Source of the DNA: Gemmatimonadota bacterium
GTDB lineage: Bacteria > Gemmatimonadota > Gemmatimonadetes > Gemmatimonadales > GWC2-71-9
Direction: 5' to 3'
Assembly (NCBI GenBank): GCA_003223395.1
Contig: QHUZ01000034.1
Span: forward strand, 78,930 to 142,929
Length of the DNA stretch: 64,000 bases
Within the stretch, counting starts at the first letter, position 1. Each line of letters opens with the position of its first letter. The notes below the pieces were generated by a model. That model did not search any database. It was not told where the DNA came from and saw only the letters and a program-made list of their open reading frames with translations. Positions 17,295 through 26,388 of this stretch are shown here, piece after piece. The translations under genes were made by a program, and so were the position numbers.

Positions 17295-19890
17295 GACCCG
17301 GATCGTCCTGCCGATCGAGGGGATGACGTGCGCCAGCTGCGCCGCCACGGTCCAGGAGGCCTTGGCCGGTGCGACCGGCGTCACGTCCGCCGGCGTCAAC
17401 TTCGCCACGAACAAGGCGGCCATCGAATACGACGCCGCCCAGACCAACGTCAGCCAGCTCATCAAGACGGTGCGCGAGGCCGGGTACAACTGTGGCAAGG
17501 CGACCGTCACCTTCGGGATCGTCGACCTGCACTACGCGCCGAGTGTGGCACCGCTCGAGCGGTCGCTGTCGCGGGTCAACGGTGTCATCCGGGCCGTCGC
17601 CAATCAGGCGACCGAGACCGCGACGGTGGACTACATCCCCGGCGTCGTGAGTGCGGAGGATCTCGAGAAGGCGGTCGATGCCGCGGGCTTTGTGGTCGCC
17701 GCGCCGATCGCCGCGGAGGATCCGCTCGAGCGCGAGCGCATCGCGCGCAGTCGCGAGATCCGGACGCTCACCTGGAAATTCGTGGCGGCGGCTACGGTGG
17801 CGATCGTCGCGATGATCGGCTCGATGTTACTGATGGCCGATCGCCCGATGGGCGACAACGGCACGATGAAGCAGGTGGACCTCCTCGGTCATCTGCTCAT
17901 GCCGCTGGCGATCGGGTTGCGCGATTGGGTGGCGGCGCAGGGATGGGTGCTCAATCTCGACTGGGTCAAATGGGGGCTCGCCATCATCACCCTCCCCGTG
18001 GTCGCCTGGTCGGGCCAACAGTTCTACAAAGGGACGTGGAGCGGGCTGCGGCATCGGACCGCGGACATGAACACCCTCATCGGTGTCGGGACGGGAGCGG
18101 CGTTCATCTATTCGCTCGTGGCAACCGCGGCGCCCACTCTGTTTCTCCGGGCCGGACTGCCTGCCGACGTCTATTACGAGGCCGTCGCCGCGATCATCGC
18201 GCTGGTGCTGCTGGGCCGGGTGCTCGAGGCACGAGCGAAGGGCCGCACGTCCGAAGCGATTCGCCGGCTCGCGGCGCTGCGGGCGAAGTCGGCGCACGTC
18301 ATCCGCGACCGCCAGGAGACCGACGTCCCGGTCGAGGCCGTCGTGATCGGCGACCTGGTCATCGTCAAGCCGGGTGAAAAGGTGCCGGTGGATGGCGTCG
18401 TGACTGAAGGCGGATCGGCGGTGCACGAAGCGATGCTCACGGGCGAGCCCATGCCCGTCGGGAAGAAACCGGGGGACGAAGTCATCGGCGGCACGCTAAA
18501 CACGACCGGTACCATCACATTCCGGGCGACGCGGGTAGGCAAGGAAACCGCACTCGGTCAAATCGTGCAGCTCGTGGAAGACGCGCAGGCAACCAAGGCG
18601 CCGATCCAAAAGCTCGCCGATCGCGTCGCCGGCGTGTTCGTGCCCATCGTCATCGCGATTGCGATTGCCGCGTTCGTGGCCTGGTTCGATCTAGGCCCGA
18701 GTCCCGAGGCCCGAGCCCTTGTCTTCGCGACTGTGGGATTCGTGTCGGTGCTGATCATCGCCTGCCCCTGCGCGCTCGGCCTCGCGACGCCGACGGCGAT
18801 TCTCGTAGGCACGGGGAGGGCGGCCGAGTACGGGATCCTGATCCGCAGCGGCGAGGCGCTGGAGCGGCTCGCCAACGCGCGGACCGTGCTGCTCGACAAG
18901 ACCGGCACCATCACGGAAGGGAAGCCGACCGTCACGCATATCGTGACGGCGAAGAAGCCGGACGGCACTCCGATCAGCCCGGCCGACGTCCTCAAATGGG
19001 CGGCGTCGGTCGAACAACGGTCTGAGCATCCCCTCGCAGTCGCGATTCTCAAGGCGGCAGAGGACAAACAGGTGTCGCTCCTGCCGGTCGAAAAGTTCGC
19101 GGCGATGGAGGGACGCGGTGTGCGGGGAACCGTGGACCGCCGCATCATCGAGGTGATCTCGTTGCGGCATGCGCGCGAGCGCAGCCTCGAGCTGGGCTCG
19201 CTAGGTGCGGACGCCGATCGGTTGGCGGCGCAGGGTCGTTCGCCGGTGATCTGCGTCGTGAACAACACAGTCTACGCCGTCATCGCGATTTCCGATGCGA
19301 TCAAGCCGACGTCCAAGACGGCGGTGGAGCTGCTGAAGCGCCGCGGCATCGCCGTCGTCATGGTCTCGGGCGATTCGCGCAAAGGCGCCGAGGCAGTTGC
19401 GGCGGAGGTGGGGATCGAGGAGATCATCGCCGAGGTGCTGCCTTCCCAGAAGGCGGACCTGGTGAAGAAGCTGCAGCGGCAGGCGGGCGGTGGTCACATC
19501 GTCATGGTGGGCGACGGCATCAACGACGCGCCGGCGCTCGCGCAGGCCAACGTCGGCATCGCGATCGGCACCGGCACCGACATTGCGATGGAAGCGTCCG
19601 ACGTGACGCTGATCCGGGGCGACCTGCGCGCGGTGTTTACGGCGATCGAGCTGGCGCGGCGTACGATGCGGACGATTCGCTGGAACCTGATCTGGGCGTT
19701 CGGCTACAACGTGCTGCTGATTCCGGTCGCCGCTGGTATACTCTATCCCGTCACGGGGTGGTTGCTCTCACCAGTGTTCGCGAGCGCCGCGATGGCGTGG
19801 TCGAGTCTCTCGGTCGTACTGAACAGTCTCACGTTGCGGGCGTTCAAAATCTCAGGAGCGGCAACGCATGCGGTACTTCCACAGAACTAG
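17278..19890 (+). CDS. copA: copper-translocating P1B-type ATPase
   Basis: HMA domain [13 protein letters not shown] motif CPC ([13 protein letters not shown]), DKTGTIT and GDGINDAP. Start taken at ATG 17278 ([18 protein letters not shown]). Confidence 0.92.
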   Translation: MPAVSKTRIVLPIEGMTCASCAATVQEALAGATGVTSAGVNFATNKAAIEYDAAQTNVSQLIKTVREAGYNCGKATVTFGIVDLHYAPSVAPLERSLSRVNGVIRAVANQATETATVDYIPGVVSAEDLEKAVDAAGFVVAAPIAAEDPLERERIARSREIRTLTWKFVAAATVAIVAMIGSMLLMADRPMGDNGTMKQVDLLGHLLMPLAIGLRDWVAAQGWVLNLDWVKWGLAIITLPVVAWSGQQFYKGTWSGLRHRTADMNTLIGVGTGAAFIYSLVATAAPTLFLRAGLPADVYYEAVAAIIALVLLGRVLEARAKGRTSEAIRRLAALRAKSAHVIRDRQETDVPVEAVVIGDLVIVKPGEKVPVDGVVTEGGSAVHEAMLTGEPMPVGKKPGDEVIGGTLNTTGTITFRATRVGKETALGQIVQLVEDAQATKAPIQKLADRVAGVFVPIVIAIAIAAFVAWFDLGPSPEARALVFATVGFVSVLIIACPCALGLATPTAILVGTGRAAEYGILIRSGEALERLANARTVLLDKTGTITEGKPTVTHIVTAKKPDGTPISPADVLKWAASVEQRSEHPLAVAILKAAEDKQVSLLPVEKFAAMEGRGVRGTVDRRIIEVISLRHARERSLELGSLGADADRLAAQGRSPVICVVNNTVYAVIAISDAIKPTSKTAVELLKRRGIAVVMVSGDSRKGAEAVAAEVGIEEIIAEVLPSQKADLVKKLQRQAGGGHIVMVGDGINDAPALAQANVGIAIGTGTDIAMEASDVTLIRGDLRAVFTAIELARRTMRTIRWNLIWAFGYNVLLIPVAAGILYPVTGWLLSPVFASAAMAWSSLSVVLNSLTLRAFKISGAATHAVLPQN

Positions 19891-20158
19891 CGCGAGTCCC
19901 GAAGCGGTGCTCGAGGTCGCCAAGAGCTTCTTTGGCGGGCGGCTCGCGCCGGCTGAGGAATCACCGCGGCGGCGGGCGTATCAGGGGACATTGGGGCGCA
20001 TCACCATCAGCGTCCGCCCCGAGGGTGGGCACTACACCTACGTCGAAGTAGCGACCGATCAGGTGGGAGAGTCGGAGCTCGACAAGCTCGCCAAGCGGTT
20101 TCTTGCGGAAGTGCACCGGCTCGTGGAGCCGGCACACGTCATGCGCGGCGCCTACTAG
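19868..20158 (+). CDS. hypothetical protein (96 aa)
   Basis: The ORF overlaps the copA 3' end by 23 nt and has moderately high GC3. I recognise no motif. Confidence 0.45.
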   Translation: MRYFHRTSASPEAVLEVAKSFFGGRLAPAEESPRRRAYQGTLGRITISVRPEGGHYTYVEVATDQVGESELDKLAKRFLAEVHRLVEPAHVMRGAY

Positions 20159-20370
20159 CCCGCGACCTTCGCGCCGTAGCCGGCTTTGGCGACGGCCGCG
20201 ACCAGCTGATCCGTCGTCACGGAATCATCATCGAAATCCACTTCTGCTTCGCCGTCAGGCAAGTCGATGATGGCGCTGTACACCCCGATCACACCCTTCA
20301 AGGCCTTCTCGACCTTGGCCTGACAGTGGCCGCAGGTCATTCCGGTGACGCGCAGCTTCACGTTCGCCAT
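20155..20370 (-). CDS. copZ: copper chaperone (HMA domain)
   Basis: MANVKLRVTGMTCGHCQAKVEKAL. Trimmed to the ATG preceded by GGGAGGGA. Confidence 0.88.
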   Translation of the reverse strand: MANVKLRVTGMTCGHCQAKVEKALKGVIGVYSAIIDLPDGEAEVDFDDDSVTTDQLVAAVAKAGYGAKVAG

Positions 20371-20387
20371 GGCTCTTCCCTCCCAAC

Positions 20388-20393
20388 TATAAT
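20388..20393 (+). promoter_or_regulatory. TATAAT box 8 nt upstream of the E1-alpha ATG (possible leaderless transcript)
   Basis: Exact TATAAT at 20388-20393 with the ATG at 20402. The whole divergent gap to copZ is only 31 nt. Confidence 0.25.
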
Positions 20394-20401
20394 TTAGGGC
20401 C

Positions 20402-21457
20402 ATGGCTCTTCCTGCGACGCGGCCGACGGCAGCCGTCCCATCCGGGGTGGTGCTGTCACCGGACCAGCTCCTCGAGATCTACTACTATCTCCGGCTCACC
20501 CGGACGCTCGAAGAGCGGCTGGTGGCGCTGTACCGCCAGACCAAGGTCATCGGGGGCCTGTTCCGCTCGCTCGGGCAGGAGGGGGAATCGGTCGCCTCGG
20601 CGTATGCGTTGGAGCGTGGGCGGCACAAGGACGTACTGTCGCCTTTGATCCGTAACCTTGGGTCATTGCTCGTGATGGGCGCTCAGCCCATCGAGATCCT
20701 GCGGCAGTATATGGCCAAGGCCGACAGCCCCACGCACGGTCGCGAGCTGAACGTCCACTTCAACGACCTCGAGAGGGGCTATCTCGGGCAGATTTCCCAC
20801 CTGGGCGACATGATCCCGGTGATGGCGGGGATCGCCTTGAGCTTTAAGCTGCGCGGCGAGCCGCGGGTCGGCCTGGTGTATATCGGCGACGGCGGGACCT
20901 CGACCGGCACGTTCCATGAAGGGTTGAACCTCGCCGCCGTGCAGCGGCTGCCGCTCGTCGTGATCGGCGAATACAACCATTGGGCCTACTCCACGCCGCC
21001 CGAGAAACAATTCGCCGTCAAAGACCTGGCCGAGAAGGCCAAGGGATACGGAGTCCCGGCGGTGACGGTGGACGGCAACGACGTGTTCGCGGTGTACGAA
21101 GCGACGCGGTTTGCGGTGGATCGCGCGCGGCGCGGGAAGGGCGTCCATTTCATCGAAGTGAAGACGTATCGCCGCAAAGGCCACGCCGAGCACGACGATC
21201 AACACTATGTGCCGAAACCCGATCTGGAGCGGTGGGCGAAGGAAAACGATCCCGTCGACCGCTACGTGCAACGCTTGCTCACGGGCGAGATGGTCGCCGA
21301 GGCGGACCTGAAGGACATCGACGATCGCGTGCGGGTGGAAGTGGATCAGGCGACGGACGCCTGCGTCAACGAGCCGTTGCCGACACCAGAGAGCGCGCTG
21401 CCGGGCGTGTACGTCGATCCACCGGCGGCGGACAAGCTCTGGTTCAAGGTCCTGTGA
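20402..21457 (+). CDS. TPP-dependent 2-oxoacid dehydrogenase E1 component, alpha subunit
   Basis: 351 aa. Contains YRQTKVIGGLFRSLGQEG and the TPP motif GDGGTSTGTFHEGLNLAAV. Confidence 0.88.
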   Translation: MALPATRPTAAVPSGVVLSPDQLLEIYYYLRLTRTLEERLVALYRQTKVIGGLFRSLGQEGESVASAYALERGRHKDVLSPLIRNLGSLLVMGAQPIEILRQYMAKADSPTHGRELNVHFNDLERGYLGQISHLGDMIPVMAGIALSFKLRGEPRVGLVYIGDGGTSTGTFHEGLNLAAVQRLPLVVIGEYNHWAYSTPPEKQFAVKDLAEKAKGYGVPAVTVDGNDVFAVYEATRFAVDRARRGKGVHFIEVKTYRRKGHAEHDDQHYVPKPDLERWAKENDPVDRYVQRLLTGEMVAEADLKDIDDRVRVEVDQATDACVNEPLPTPESALPGVYVDPPAADKLWFKVL

Positions 21458-22437
21458 TGGCGGAAGTCACATTCCTCGAAGCGCTGCGCCAGGGCATCTG
21501 GGAAGAGATGGAGCGCGACGATCGCGTCTTCATCCTTGGCGAAGATGTCGGTCTGTACGGCGGCGCGTTCAAGGTGACAGAGGGATTCAGCAAACGGTTC
21601 GGTGAATCTCGTGTGATCGACACGCCGATCTCCGAGGCAGCGATCGTGGGCGCGGCCGCGGGCGCGGCGCACATGGGGTTGCGGCCGGTTGCCGAGATGC
21701 AGTTCATCGACTTCATCTCGTGCGCCTACGACATGCTGACGAATTATGTCGCCACCGCGCGGTACCGGGCGGGTCTGTCCACCCCGATGGTGGTGCGCGG
21801 TCCCTGCGGCGGCTACGTTCGAGGCGGGCCGTTCCATTCGCAGAATCCGGAAGCGGCATTCCTCCACACGCCCGGCCTCAAGATCGTCTACCCGGCGACG
21901 GTGCGGGACGCCAAGGGTCTCATCAAGGCGTCGATCCGCGACGAGGACCCCGTGCTCTTTCTCGAGCACAAATGGCTCTACCGGCGTATCAAGGAGCAGC
22001 TGCCGGAGGGCGAAGAGATTCTGACGCCGATCGGGCAGGCGCGCATCGCGCGCGAAGGGAAGCATCTTTCCATCATCAGCTACGGCGCGACGCTGTGGAA
22101 ATCGCTGGAGGCGGCCGAGCAGCTGGAGAAAGCGGACGGAGTATCGGTGGAAGTAGTGGACCTCCGGACGCTGCTGCCGATGGATGACGCCGCGATCGTC
22201 GCGACCGTGAAGAAGACCAACAAGGCGCTCATCGTCCATGAAGACACGCGGACCGGGGGAATCGCCGGGGAGATCGCGGCGCGGATCAACGAGCAGGCGT
22301 TCGAATGGCTCGACGGGCCGATCATGCGCGTGACCGCGCACGACGTCCCGCTCCCGTATGCGCCGACTCTGGAGGACTTCGTCTTGCCCCAGACTGACGA
22401 TATCGTGAAGGCGGCGCGATGGCTGGCGGCTTACTGA
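21457..22437 (+). CDS. 2-oxoacid dehydrogenase E1 component, beta subunit
   Basis: MAEVTFLEALRQGIWEEMERDDRVFILGEDVGLYGGAFKVTEGF. The ATG overlaps the E1-alpha stop (TGATG). Confidence 0.9.
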   Translation: MAEVTFLEALRQGIWEEMERDDRVFILGEDVGLYGGAFKVTEGFSKRFGESRVIDTPISEAAIVGAAAGAAHMGLRPVAEMQFIDFISCAYDMLTNYVATARYRAGLSTPMVVRGPCGGYVRGGPFHSQNPEAAFLHTPGLKIVYPATVRDAKGLIKASIRDEDPVLFLEHKWLYRRIKEQLPEGEEILTPIGQARIAREGKHLSIISYGATLWKSLEAAEQLEKADGVSVEVVDLRTLLPMDDAAIVATVKKTNKALIVHEDTRTGGIAGEIAARINEQAFEWLDGPIMRVTAHDVPLPYAPTLEDFVLPQTDDIVKAARWLAAY

Positions 22438-22447
22438 TGGAGAGGCT

Positions 22448-23812
22448 ATGGCACGCGTAGACGTCTTGATGCCACAAATGGGTGAGTCGATCGCCGAGGG
22501 GACCTTGAGCAAATGGCTCAAGAAGGTCGGCGACCCGGTCAAGCGGGACGAGCCCCTGTTCGAGATCTCGACCGATAAGGTCGACGCCGAAATCCCTGCG
22601 CCGTCCGCCGGGGTGCTGGCGGAGATCAAGGTACAGGAAGGGCAGACCGTGCCGGTGCAGACGGTCGTTGGGGTCCTGGAAACCGAAGCGGGGGCCGCGG
22701 CATCCGCACCTGCCAAGCCGGAGCCGCCGAAAGCCGCTGCTCCAGCGCCACCCGCACCGAAGGCAGAAGCGCCGAAGACCGCTGCGGCGCCGCCGCCCCC
22801 TCCGGCCGACAGGCCGTCCGGCCGTCCGGCCGCCGCGACATCAGGCCGTCCGGCCGCCGGTGACGGTGGTGGCGTACAGACCGCCGAGCAACGCCTCCGC
22901 ACGAAGTCGACGCCGCTTGTTCGCAAAATCGCTGCCGAGCACAGCGTCGATATCTCGCGAATCCCCGGCAGTGGTTACGCGGGCCGCGTGACCAAACAGG
23001 ACATCCTGGGCTACATCGAACGAGCCCCGACCGCCCCGGGAGCCCCGGCTCCTGGCTCCCGACTCCCGGCTCCTTCCGGTCCGATCGAACATCCGGCCGT
23101 GGACGCGTGGCCGGGCGACCGCGTCGAGCCGTGGTCCAAGATCCGCAAGATCACCGCCGACCACATGGTGATGTCGAAGCGTGTGTCCGCGCACGTGGCG
23201 AGCTTTTTCGAGGTCGATTTCACGCGTGTCGCCCAGCTCCGCGCCCGGGCGAAGCAATCCTACGTCGATCGCGGGGTCAATCTCACGTTCCTCGCGTTCA
23301 TCGCGAAGGCGTGTGGCGAGAACCTCCGGAAGCATCCCATCATCAATGCCGCGGTGTCCGGCGACAGCACGATCTACCGTGCCGACGTCAACATCGGCAT
23401 CGCAGTGGCGCTCGACTGGGGCCTCATCGTGCCGGTGATCAAGCATGCCGACGAGTTGTCGCTGATCGGTATCGCGCGCGCCATCAACGATCTGGGGGAG
23501 CGCGCCCGCACCAAGAAGCTGCTGCCCGACGACATCCAGCGCGGCACGTTCACGATCACCAATCCCGGCGGGTTCGGACCGTTCGCCGGCATTCCCATCA
23601 TCAACCAGCCGCAGGTCGCGATTCTCGGCGTCGGCGCGATCGAGAAACGCCCCAAGGTTGTGACCGCCGACGGCACGGATTCCATCGCGATTCGGACGAT
23701 GGGGATGCTGACGATGTCCTATGATCATCGCGTCGTCGACGGTGCCGACGCCGACAAATTCCTGGCCGACGTGAAGCAGACGCTGCAGGAGTTTCCTGAG
23801 GGAGCGGTGTGA
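22448..23812 (+). CDS. dihydrolipoamide acyltransferase (E2) with lipoyl and E1/E3-binding domains
   Basis: Lipoyl motif EISTDKVDAEIPAP, an Ala/Pro linker, and the catalytic DHRVVDG. Confidence 0.9.
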   Translation: MARVDVLMPQMGESIAEGTLSKWLKKVGDPVKRDEPLFEISTDKVDAEIPAPSAGVLAEIKVQEGQTVPVQTVVGVLETEAGAAASAPAKPEPPKAAAPAPPAPKAEAPKTAAAPPPPPADRPSGRPAAATSGRPAAGDGGGVQTAEQRLRTKSTPLVRKIAAEHSVDISRIPGSGYAGRVTKQDILGYIERAPTAPGAPAPGSRLPAPSGPIEHPAVDAWPGDRVEPWSKIRKITADHMVMSKRVSAHVASFFEVDFTRVAQLRARAKQSYVDRGVNLTFLAFIAKACGENLRKHPIINAAVSGDSTIYRADVNIGIAVALDWGLIVPVIKHADELSLIGIARAINDLGERARTKKLLPDDIQRGTFTITNPGGFGPFAGIPIINQPQVAILGVGAIEKRPKVVTADGTDSIAIRTMGMLTMSYDHRVVDGADADKFLADVKQTLQEFPEGAV

Positions 23813-24129
23813 GCATGCCAAAAGTCCTGACCGCGGCGCGCGTGCGCGTGCCCACGCAGAACGAAACGGAGTACGTCAACACGCTGCGCGAGCTGAGTCA
23901 GTTCGCCGAAGCGCGCGGCCAGCGGATTTGGCTGTACCGCAACGCGAAGGATCCGCGGCTGTTCATCGAGTTTTCCGAGAGCCCGACCGAGATGTCGCAC
24001 CGCGCCCAGGCGTCCCGGCTCCCCGAAGAGATCAAGCTGGAGAAGCGTCTCCAGGCGCTCGCCACCTACGCGCCCGACGCCTGGGAGCTGTGGAGCGAGG
24101 TCCCCGTCGCCACCACCTCGCAGGCATGA
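23809..24129 (+). CDS. hypothetical protein (106 aa)
   Basis: GTGA overlap with the E2 stop; ATG 23815 is an alternative start. GC3 is very high. No motif recognised. Confidence 0.6.
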   Translation: MSMPKVLTAARVRVPTQNETEYVNTLRELSQFAEARGQRIWLYRNAKDPRLFIEFSESPTEMSHRAQASRLPEEIKLEKRLQALATYAPDAWELWSEVPVATTSQA

Positions 24130-24132
24130 GCC

Positions 24133-24402
24133 ATGGCCCGCCGCGAAGTTGACGTGGACGGTGAACGCTGGGAGGTCTACCCCTCGGGCCGCGTGACCGT
24201 GTACGGCCGCGACCAGTTCGGTCTCATCTTCGAGCACGGCACCGGCCCGCAGCGCCGCCGCCGCGTGACGCACTTCTCGCCGCTCGGCGCGCGCTCGCCG
24301 GACCGGGCCTTCCTGGAGCTCTCCGACCGCGAGCTGCTGGAGCTGTTCCGCCAGTCACAGCCGGCGTGGACCGCCCCCGAGGTCGACTACGCCGCACATT
24401 GA
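24133..24402 (+). CDS. hypothetical protein (89 aa)
   Basis: Starts 3 nt after the previous stop and has very high GC3. No motif recognised. Confidence 0.6.
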   Translation: MARREVDVDGERWEVYPSGRVTVYGRDQFGLIFEHGTGPQRRRRVTHFSPLGARSPDRAFLELSDRELLELFRQSQPAWTAPEVDYAAH

Positions 24403-25267
24403 CCTGCATTGCCATTCGACGGCCTCCGACGGTGAGTGTGAGCCGCCGGAAGTCGCGCGCCGCGCCCGCGCGGTAGATCTCGCGGCGATCGCGCTCACCG
24501 ATCACGACACCACGGATGGCGTGGCCGAGGCCGCGCACGAGGGCGCGAAGCTGGGCATCCGGGTGATCCCCGGATGCGAGTTCAGCGTGCGCGCGCCGTG
24601 GGGTGAGCTGCATGTGCTCGCCCTGTTTTTGCCGCACGACAGCGAACGGCTGCAGGGGTTCTTGCGCGACACCCGTGCCGCGCGCCGCCGCCGCGGCGAG
24701 CAGATCGTCGCCAAGCTCCAGGACCTCGGCGTGGCGATCGAGCTCGAGGACGTGCAGGCACAGCTTTTCGGAGGAGATGGCGGCGCCCTGGGACGGCCGC
24801 ATGTCGCGCGGGCACTCGTCGATTGCGGGGCCTGCGACACCATCAGTGACGCGTTCCGGCGGTACCTGGGCCGTGGCCGGGCTGCGTACGTCGAGAAGCC
24901 GCTGCCGAAACTCGGCGACGTCACCGCGCTCGTGCACGACGTGGGAGGGCTGACCGTCGCGGCGCACCTGGGCGATCATGGCACCGAGGCCCAGGTGCGC
25001 ATCTTTCAGGACCAGGGACTGGACTGCGTGGAAGTGCGCCATCCGAGTCATGCCCCCGCCATCGAGCAGCGGCTCACCCGCATCGCCGAGCGCTTGGGAC
25101 TTGGCATCACGGGGGGCTCGGATTGGCATGGAGAAAGCGAGTACGGGGAGTCGCATGCGCCGCTCGGCGGGATGCGCGTTCCCGACAGCTGGCTGGCACC
25201 GCTCGAGCATCGTCTCGAGCTCACAACGAGGCAACGGGATGAGCGAGCCGCTTCCGATCGGCAGTAA
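24398..25267 (+). CDS. PHP-domain metal-dependent phosphoesterase (TrpH/YciV-like); start codon non-canonical and unresolved
   Basis: The in-frame sequence IDLHCHSTASDG...IALTDHDTTDG (24398-24520) holds the PHP HxH and DHD metal motifs. The first ATG/GTG/TTG in this frame is GTG 24521, downstream of both. C-terminal GGSDWHG is present. Confidence 0.75.
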   Translation: MDLHCHSTASDGECEPPEVARRARAVDLAAIALTDHDTTDGVAEAAHEGAKLGIRVIPGCEFSVRAPWGELHVLALFLPHDSERLQGFLRDTRAARRRRGEQIVAKLQDLGVAIELEDVQAQLFGGDGGALGRPHVARALVDCGACDTISDAFRRYLGRGRAAYVEKPLPKLGDVTALVHDVGGLTVAAHLGDHGTEAQVRIFQDQGLDCVEVRHPSHAPAIEQRLTRIAERLGLGITGGSDWHGESEYGESHAPLGGMRVPDSWLAPLEHRLELTTRQRDERAASDRQ

Positions 25268-25676
25268 AGCCCCCGCGTTCAAAGCCCAGGCGTCGGACGG
25301 CCGGACCTACGCGCTCGGCGATCTCTTGAAAAGCGGCCCGGTCGCGCTCGTGTTCTATCCGGGCAACAATACCCCCGGCTGAAACCGCCAACTCTCCGCC
25401 GTGCGCGATGAGATCGCCAAGTTCCAAGCCGCCAGCATGCAGCCGTTCGGCGTCAACCCCGCGAGTGTGGACGGGCATCGCGGGTACGTCGAGAAGATGC
25501 AATTCAACTTCCCGCTGCTGTCCGATCCGGAGCGCACGATCGCCGGCGCGTACAACGCCCTCAAAGAGGACGGCAAAGGGATTCAGCGCACCGTCTATGT
25601 GATCGGCCGCGACGGCACCGTGCGCTTTGCACAGCGCGGCGCACCGCCCGTGGACGACATCGTCCGTGCCCGCTGA
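25239..25676 (+). CDS. Bcp/PrxQ-type peroxiredoxin with in-frame TGA (25380-25382) at the peroxidatic Cys position; candidate selenoprotein, or a pseudogene
   Basis: Same reading frame on both sides of the TGA. Upstream reads MSEPLPIGSKAPAF...VALVFYPGNNTPG; downstream reads NRQLSAVRDEIAKF...FNFPLLSDPERTIAGAYNAL...RTVYVIGRDGTV. Confidence 0.65.
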
Positions 25677-26388
25677 CCTGCGTGGCAAAGTCGCACTCGT
25701 CACCGGGGTCGGCCGGGTCGGACAAATCGGCCATGCCGTGGCGCGCGGCATGGGTCGCGCCGGCGCGAAGCTGCTGCTCGCCGACGTCAACGCCGTGGGG
25801 CTCGCGGATCGTGTCAAAGAGTTCGCGGCGGAAGGGATCACCGCCAAGGTCTCTGCCGGCGACCTGACCCAGCCCGACGCCGCGCGCGCGGCGGCGGCGG
25901 CGGCGCAGACGCAGTACGGCGGGCTCGATATCCTCGTGAATGTCGCCGGGGGGTTCTTCAGCTATGGGCCGTTCACGGAAGTAAAGCCCGAGATCCTCGA
26001 CCGCGAGCTGGCCGTGAACTTCAAGACCGCGTTCTACATGTGCCAGGCCGCCGTGCCATTGCTGCTGGCTCGCGGGGGCGGAGCGATCGTCAATTTCGCA
26101 TCGATCGCCGTCGTCCGCTCGCTCATGCATATGTCGGCGTACACTGCGGCGAAGTCGGCCGTTGCCGGGCTGACGCTCGAGCTGGCGCGCGAATATCGCG
26201 ACGCCGGCATCCGCGTGAACGCCGTCGCCCCGGCGACCGTGCGCACCGCCGATAACGTGGCCCAGATGGGGGAGAAGCAGCCGCTGGTCGAGCTCGACGA
26301 AGTCGTGAATACGGTGGCCTTTCTCGTGAGCGATGAGGCCCGCGCGATCACCGGCCAGATCGTCCCCATTACCGGGAAAGCGTACTAG
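25666..26388 (+). CDS. SDR family oxidoreductase
   Basis: GTG start gives (M)PADLRGKVALVTGVGRVGQIG. Contains a YTAAK catalytic Tyr/Lys pair. TTG 25627 is an alternative start. Confidence 0.8.
   Translation: MPADLRGKVALVTGVGRVGQIGHAVARGMGRAGAKLLLADVNAVGLADRVKEFAAEGITAKVSAGDLTQPDAARAAAAAAQTQYGGLDILVNVAGGFFSYGPFTEVKPEILDRELAVNFKTAFYMCQAAVPLLLARGGGAIVNFASIAVVRSLMHMSAYTAAKSAVAGLTLELAREYRDAGIRVNAVAPATVRTADNVAQMGEKQPLVELDEVVNTVAFLVSDEARAITGQIVPITGKAY

Noticed and set aside
24978-25238. Long N-terminal extension of the peroxiredoxin ORF (the ORF track starts it at 24978).
   Set aside because: This stretch lies inside the PHP gene in another frame. ATG 25239 gives the normal spacing of about 47 residues to the active-site motif.
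25383-25460. Attempt to identify a convincing fdhF-type SECIS hairpin after the in-frame TGA.
   Set aside because: By hand I found only a 5-bp stem (extendable to 7 bp with a bulge) and a 3-nt loop at 25405-25417. I report it as a weak candidate within the finding, not as an annotated SECIS feature.
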